Below, piece by piece: positions 34,467-38,764 of a stretch of 38,764 nt of DNA. A model generated the notes under the pieces. It was not told the DNA's origin. It saw only the letters and a list, made by a program, of their open reading frames with translations, and did not search any database. The stretch is from positions 1-38,764 of the forward strand of contig JAZOTL010000003.1 of assembly GCA_045657645.1 (NCBI GenBank), read 5' to 3'. The translations under genes and the position numbers were made by a program. Within the stretch, counting starts at the first letter, position 1; each line of letters opens with the position of its first letter. This stretch comes from Eubacteriales bacterium. Lineage in GTDB: Bacteria; Bacillota; Clostridia; Oscillospirales; CAG-272.

Positions 34467-35315
34467 TTATTTATTTCTTTTTGATTTTATATTTTCAAGC
34501 ACGGAGTAGGGAATAGCAAGCTCTCCTAAACCTCGTCCTATTGATATATGTGGTTTAAACGAACCGTGGAAATCGGTTCCTCCGGATATAAGAAGCCCAA
34601 GCTCCTGCGCAAGCGCCTGGTACTCCTGTTGCATTTCGGGGGTGTATTCGGTATAGTAGCCTTCCACACCGCAAAGCCCCTTTGCTTTTAAGCGAAGGAG
34701 GAATTCCTTTAATTCATCGTGGGGCTTGCGGGTAAGGTGCAGATGTGCCACAAATGCCATACCGCCCGCTTCGTTTATAAGCTCTACCGCTTCTTCATCG
34801 GTAAGCGCCTGCTTGCCGGAATAAGCGGGTCTGCCGTTGGCAAGGTAAAGGTCAAAGGCTTCCTTTACCGAGGAAACGTAGCCCTTTTTCACCATTATTT
34901 TCGCAAAATGTGCACGGCAGAGTACGTCGGTTTCGGCTATATCCTCTACCTCTTCCATAGTTACCGAAAAGCCTAATTTGTTAAGCATTTCGCAGGTGTG
35001 CTCCTCACGCTCGCGGCGTACCTGACGTACGTATTCCAGCTTTTTGAGGAGTGTCTGGTTGTTTATATCTATAAAATAACCTAAGATATGAGTTTCTGTG
35101 GCAGATTCTGCCGAAAGTTCTATCGCGGGGATAACCTCTATCCCTATCTTTTCACCCTCTGCTACCGCTTCTGCTACACCCGAAAGGCTATCGTGGTCGG
35201 ATACCGCAACGGCGGATAATCCTTCTTCCTTTGCGTGGCGCACAAGCTGTGCGGGGGTCATAGAGCCGTCTGAGTATATTGTATGGGTATGAAGGTCTAT
35301 TCTTTTTTCCATCAT
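34467..35315 (-). CDS. PHP-domain metal-dependent phosphoesterase (TrpH/YciV-like)
   Basis: 282 aa; IDLHTHTIYSDGS, AVSDHDS, GIE, AHL and GGTDFHG motifs. Confidence 0.88.
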   Translation of the reverse strand: MMEKRIDLHTHTIYSDGSMTPAQLVRHAKEEGLSAVAVSDHDSLSGVAEAVAEGEKIGIEVIPAIELSAESATETHILGYFIDINNQTLLKKLEYVRQVRREREEHTCEMLNKLGFSVTMEEVEDIAETDVLCRAHFAKIMVKKGYVSSVKEAFDLYLANGRPAYSGKQALTDEEAVELINEAGGMAFVAHLHLTRKPHDELKEFLLRLKAKGLCGVEGYYTEYTPEMQQEYQALAQELGLLISGGTDFHGSFKPHISIGRGLGELAIPYSVLENIKSKRNK

Positions 35316-36568
35316 TACTCCTTATCCCATATCCAAAGGCCAAGGGCAGGGTTGCTTATATAGAATATCTCTTCTCCGTTTTCAAGGGTGTTAAAGCCGT
35401 CCTTTAACTTTTTGGGGTCATAGATAGCCGCAGCCTCGTCATAGGGAATATATTTGAAGTTAACTCCCTCTATCTCCTCTTTTCCAACGTCCTTTGTACA
35501 GTAGGTTATGGAGAAGCGGTCGTCACTTGAGCCGTGGATAAGGTGAGCCGCAACAGAAAGGTTGTTTTTAAGGTCTTCACAGCTTTCAACAAGCTCAAGC
35601 ACTTTTTCTCTGCCAACGTAACCGTACTTACGGATAAGCTTGTCGTTTTCCTCATCCTCACCGAATTTTTTGATACCGGGAGCAAGGATTATAAGCTCAC
35701 CGCCGTCGGCAATAGCCATTCTTGTGCGGTAAACGCCCTTGTTGCCAAGCCATGTACTCTTGAACTCACGGGGATCAAGGAACACTACCACCTTGTTAAG
35801 GGGCTTATCCATATGAGTCAGGTTTATTGCCTGGCTCTTTTCAACAGCCTGCTCAAAAAGCTCGCGCTTTCTGCCCACGTACATACCGTGGATGTATACG
35901 TCATCACCCTTGTTTGTGGTAACGGTGAGCACGTACATAAGGGGAATATGAGCGATAAAGTTTTCTTCTGCGTAGTCAAATACACGGCGTACAGGGGAGA
36001 AGTCACGTCCCATAATGCGCTCCATTCCGTAAAAGGCGCCCAGCATATGGGAGGAGTTTATCATACTGCTTCCGCCGCAACCGACGAATATGTTTTTAGA
36101 GTAGTTTGCCATACCCACTACCTCGTGGGGTACGACCTGACCTATAGAGATTATAAGGTCATAGGAGGGATCCATTACAAGCTTGTTGACCTCAACGTCT
36201 ATCTTGCTGTTTACAAGACCGTCCGAAACCTCTGAAACAAATTCAGCAGGTACCTCGCCAAGCTTTACAACGTCCTTTCTCCAGTTGTGTACACGGATAC
36301 GCTCGAAAGGAACGTCCTCTCCGAAAAACGCGGTGCATTCCTCACGGGTCATAGGCTCGTGTGTGCCAAGGGCAGGGAGTATATCTACTTCGCATATGTC
36401 CTTGAGCAGGTCGTAATATATAGCGGTTATCTTTCCGGCGCCGGAATACATACGTGTATAGTCCGGGGGGAGAAGAAGAACCTTTTTCAACTCTTTGCCT
36501 TCAATAGATTTTGCAAGAGCCTCTTTTAACTGTTCGGTCGAAAGACCTTCTTTGCTTTCGTAATACAT
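35315..36568 (-). CDS. LarA-family (lactate racemase-like, nickel-pincer-nucleotide dependent) 2-hydroxyacid racemase/epimerase homologue
   Basis: 417 aa; D36-x-T-R39, H70 and H148-x9-K158-x15-H174. This reproduces the D72/R75, H108, H174, K184, H200 pattern and the exact H-K-H spacing I recall for L. plantarum LarA. Confidence 0.7.
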   Translation of the reverse strand: MYYESKEGLSTEQLKEALAKSIEGKELKKVLLLPPDYTRMYSGAGKITAIYYDLLKDICEVDILPALGTHEPMTREECTAFFGEDVPFERIRVHNWRKDVVKLGEVPAEFVSEVSDGLVNSKIDVEVNKLVMDPSYDLIISIGQVVPHEVVGMANYSKNIFVGCGGSSMINSSHMLGAFYGMERIMGRDFSPVRRVFDYAEENFIAHIPLMYVLTVTTNKGDDVYIHGMYVGRKRELFEQAVEKSQAINLTHMDKPLNKVVVFLDPREFKSTWLGNKGVYRTRMAIADGGELIILAPGIKKFGEDEENDKLIRKYGYVGREKVLELVESCEDLKNNLSVAAHLIHGSSDDRFSITYCTKDVGKEEIEGVNFKYIPYDEAAAIYDPKKLKDGFNTLENGEEIFYISNPALGLWIWDKE

Positions 36569-36607
36569 AGTAATTTCCCTAAATAATGTAATTTAATAAT
36601 TATAGTT

Positions 36608-36636
36608 ATTCTATCATATAGTTATTTTAAAGTCAA
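36608..36636 (-). promoter_or_regulatory. Sigma-A promoter (extended -10) of the larA-like operon
   Basis: On the minus strand: TTGACT (36636-36631, overlapping the dusB stop), 17-nt spacer ending in TGa, TAGAAT (36613-36608). Confidence 0.6.
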
Positions 36637-37607
36637 GGTTCACAGTTGTGATTTTTAAGCTCCGAAAGTATTGAAAAAACCTCGTCCTTTGTGTTTGCGT
36701 AGTTGATTGCAACCTTTGCGCCCGTGCATTCGCGCATACCCTTAATGTACATTGCCATATGCTTGCGTGCTTCCCGTATACCGGTGTATTCGCCCTTATC
36801 CTCTATCATCATTTCAAGATGTTTTCTTGCCATAGCAATTCGCTGTTCGGCAGAGGGTGGAGTGTAGGGCTTTCCTTCAAGGGCACAGGCTATCTCATTA
36901 AACAGCCAAGGGTTTCCGTAGGCGCCCCTTGCTGGCATAATTGCGTCACAGCCTGTTTCTTTAAACATACGCAGAGCGTCCTGGGCACTAAAAATATCTC
37001 CGTTACCTATAACGGGGATATTAACTGCATTTTTCACTTCCTTTATTACAGAAAGGTCACAAGCATGGGGTTCGTACATCTGTGCCTTCGTTCTCCCGTG
37101 TACGGCCACGGCACTGCACCCTGCTTCTTCAAGCATTTTTGCCATATGGGGTGCGTTTATACTGCCCGCATCCCAGCCTGCCCGTATCTTAACCGTTACG
37201 GGAATATCAATAGCCTTTACCACAGCCTCGGTTATCCTTGCCGCAAGCTCCGGATTTTTCATCAGGGCACTGCCCTCACCGTTTGACACCACCTTATGCA
37301 CGGGGCATCCCATATTTATGTCAATTATATCAGGGGAGAAGCGCTCTGTAAGCTTTGCTGCAGCCTCTGCCATTATTTCAGGCTCAGAGCCGAATATCTG
37401 TATGGCTACGGGCTTATCTTCTTTTTCAAATTTTGCAAGGGTTGCGGTCTTTTCATCACCATAGTGGATGGCCTTAGCAGAGAGCATTTCGGTAACTGTA
37501 AGTTCCGCGCCCATTTCACGGCATATACGCCTCATACTAAAGTCTGTTACACCTGCCATAGGAGCAAGTATAAGACCGTGTTTAAGTGTTATATTTTTAA
37601 TTTTCAT
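36633..37607 (-). CDS. dusB: tRNA-dihydrouridine synthase (DusB-like)
   Basis: 324 aa; LAPMAGVTD..FR.IC, DINMGCP, GRT and a C-terminal helical domain. Confidence 0.9.
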   Translation of the reverse strand: MKIKNITLKHGLILAPMAGVTDFSMRRICREMGAELTVTEMLSAKAIHYGDEKTATLAKFEKEDKPVAIQIFGSEPEIMAEAAAKLTERFSPDIIDINMGCPVHKVVSNGEGSALMKNPELAARITEAVVKAIDIPVTVKIRAGWDAGSINAPHMAKMLEEAGCSAVAVHGRTKAQMYEPHACDLSVIKEVKNAVNIPVIGNGDIFSAQDALRMFKETGCDAIMPARGAYGNPWLFNEIACALEGKPYTPPSAEQRIAMARKHLEMMIEDKGEYTGIREARKHMAMYIKGMRECTGAKVAINYANTKDEVFSILSELKNHNCEP

Positions 37608-37628
37608 TTCTATACTCCAATCAAGGGT

Positions 37629-37657
37629 ATTATATAATAACTACCTGTAAAATTCAA
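37629..37657 (-). promoter_or_regulatory. Candidate sigma-A promoter of dusB
   Basis: On the minus strand: TTGAAT (37657-37652), 17-nt spacer, TATAAT (37634-37629). Confidence 0.55.
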
Positions 37658-37717
37658 CAATTTAGTGTAATAATTTTCCTGACCTGCGGTGTATATTGCT
37701 TTTTTGTTGCAATTTTA

Positions 37718-37746
37718 TTGACAAACTGAAAATGATATTGTATAAT
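37718..37746 (+). promoter_or_regulatory. Sigma-A promoter of the ABC substrate-binding protein gene
   Basis: TTGACA (37718-37723), 17-nt spacer, TATAAT (37741-37746). AGGAGGA RBS at 37782-37788. Confidence 0.65.
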
Positions 37747-37795
37747 TTAGTCTGTATTCTTAAAAAAATGAAATCTATTTTAGGAGGACAAAATA

Positions 37796-38764
37796 ATGTC
37801 TAAGAAGATCATTGCTCTTCTTCTTGCACTTGTTATGGTTACTTGCATATTTGCAGGTTGCGGCAAGAAGAATGACAGCACAACAATTAAGATCGGTATG
37901 AGTGGACCCCTTACCGGCGCAGCAGCAGTTTACGGTGTTGCTGTTCAGAATTCCGCACAGATGGCAGTTGATGAAATCAACGCAGCAGGCGGCGTTAACG
38001 GCATCAAGCTTGAGCTTATAGCTACAGACGATGCTCACGACCCCTCTAAGGTTTCTACCAACTACTACAAGATGCTTGAAGACGGCATGCAGGTTTCTCT
38101 TGGTTGCGTAACCTCTAACCCCTGCCTTGAGTTCTGCAAGCTTTCCGCAGAAGATAACGTATTCTTCATCACACCCTCTGCTTCCAACGATACCGTTCCT
38201 GCAGAAGCTAACGCATACCAGATGTGCTTTGCTGACGGTAACCAGGGTGGCGTTGCTGCAGACTACGTAAACGGTCTTGAACTTGATAAGATCGGTATCT
38301 TCTATAAGTCTGACGACTCTTACTCCAAGGGTATCTACGACCAGTTTATGGCTAACCTTAATGATTCCATCGAGGTTGTTGAAACTGTATTTACATCCGC
38401 AAACGAAACCGACTTTGCTACACAGATAGGTGAGCTTAAGGATTGCTCCTTCATCTTTATGCCTATCTACTACACTCCCGCTTCTCTCTTTATGACACAG
38501 GCAAAGGATGTTGTAGCAGCAGACGCAGTTTACTACGGTTGTGACGGTTTTGACGGTATCGAGTCTGCAGAGGGCTTTGATATCACAGCTATTCCTCAGG
38601 AAGTAACAATGCTTTCTCACTTCAACTCCAAGGCTACAGAGGGTGCAGCAGCAGACTTCATCACCAAGTATACTGAAAAGTACGGTGCTGAAACTCTTAA
38701 CCAGTTCGGTGCTTCTGCTTACGACTGCGTATACGCTATAGCAGCTGCTATCGAAAAGGCTGTT
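37796..38764 (+). CDS. ABC transporter substrate-binding lipoprotein, branched-chain amino acid (LivJ / Peripla_BP_6)-like; the 3' end lies outside the window
   Basis: Not in the ORF track because no stop is reached. Hand translation gives MSKKIIALLLALVMVTCIFAGCGKK (lipobox FAGC), then IKIGMSGPLTGAAAVYG...EINAAGGVNGIKLEL. Open to the window edge (323 codons). Confidence 0.85.
   Translation, partial: MSKKIIALLLALVMVTCIFAGCGKKNDSTTIKIGMSGPLTGAAAVYGVAVQNSAQMAVDEINAAGGVNGIKLELIATDDAHDPSKVSTNYYKMLEDGMQVSLGCVTSNPCLEFCKLSAEDNVFFITPSASNDTVPAEANAYQMCFADGNQGGVAADYVNGLELDKIGIFYKSDDSYSKGIYDQFMANLNDSIEVVETVFTSANETDFATQIGELKDCSFIFMPIYYTPASLFMTQAKDVVAADAVYYGCDGFDGIESAEGFDITAIPQEVTMLSHFNSKATEGAAADFITKYTEKYGAETLNQFGASAYDCVYAIAAAIEKAV

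Noticed and set aside
32981-34516. A 511-aa ORF on the plus strand that spans the whole gnd locus
   Set aside because: It lies exactly antisense to a textbook 6-phosphogluconate dehydrogenase. Its translation is Cys/Val/Leu/Ser-rich nonsense with no RBS or recognisable domain. It is a shadow ORF, produced because the sense gene avoids TTA/CTA/TCA codons in that register. The same explanation applies to 32112-32957, 35534-36235, 10804-11511 and 21986-22642.
37775-38620. A 281-aa minus-strand ORF, the only ORF the track reports in this region
   Set aside because: It is antisense to a clear plus-strand lipoprotein gene that has a promoter, RBS, lipobox and LivJ-like sequence. That gene is missing from the track only because it runs off the window without a stop codon. 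The minus-strand translation is Cys/Val-rich low-complexity sequence.

Overview
This is a chromosomal segment from a spore-forming Firmicute, probably a Clostridia / Oscillospiraceae-like organism. That assignment rests on abrB, a SpoVAF/GerA-type gene, Zn-ribbon forms of S14, L24 and S4, and sigma-A promoters with extended -10 elements.

Layout:
- 0-8.2 kb: cell-envelope and division housekeeping genes (half-size TSUP, uppP, ftsK, DJ-1, 5-formyl-THF cyclo-ligase, CPBP protease, mltG, abrB).
- 8.35-24.35 kb: one uninterrupted S10-spc-alpha ribosomal superoperon, rpsJ through rplQ, including secY, adk, map, a KOW protein, infA and rpoA.
- 24.4-30.4 kb: a more accessory-looking stretch (surface protein, 74-aa ORF, Na/Pi-PhoU transporter, alpha/beta hydrolase, ATC-hydrolase-family protein, four-helix-bundle protein, tRNA-Arg(ACG)).
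- 30.4-38.8 kb: a SpoVAF-like gene, a larA-like / PHP / gnd / kdgK-like operon, dusB, and the 5' part of an amino-acid-type ABC substrate-binding lipoprotein.

Most unusual observations:
1. A 174-bp non-coding block at 30026-30199 is built from 4+4 inverted copies of TGTGAAATA. The copies are separated by seven different self-complementary mini-hairpins. It could fold as a ladder of identical helices and sits next to tRNA-Arg and an Avd-like four-helix-bundle gene.
2. rpmJ (L36) is only 21 codons long. This looks like an in-frame loss of the central 16 codons that carry most of the zinc ribbon.
3. There are unusually long structured RNA spacers inside and in front of the S10 operon.
4. A LarA-family (NPN-dependent) enzyme is embedded in an operon with gnd and a KdgK-like kinase.

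No CRISPR array, transposase, integrase or rRNA gene was seen. All functional calls come from reading the translated ORFs and from motif memory; no database search was run.
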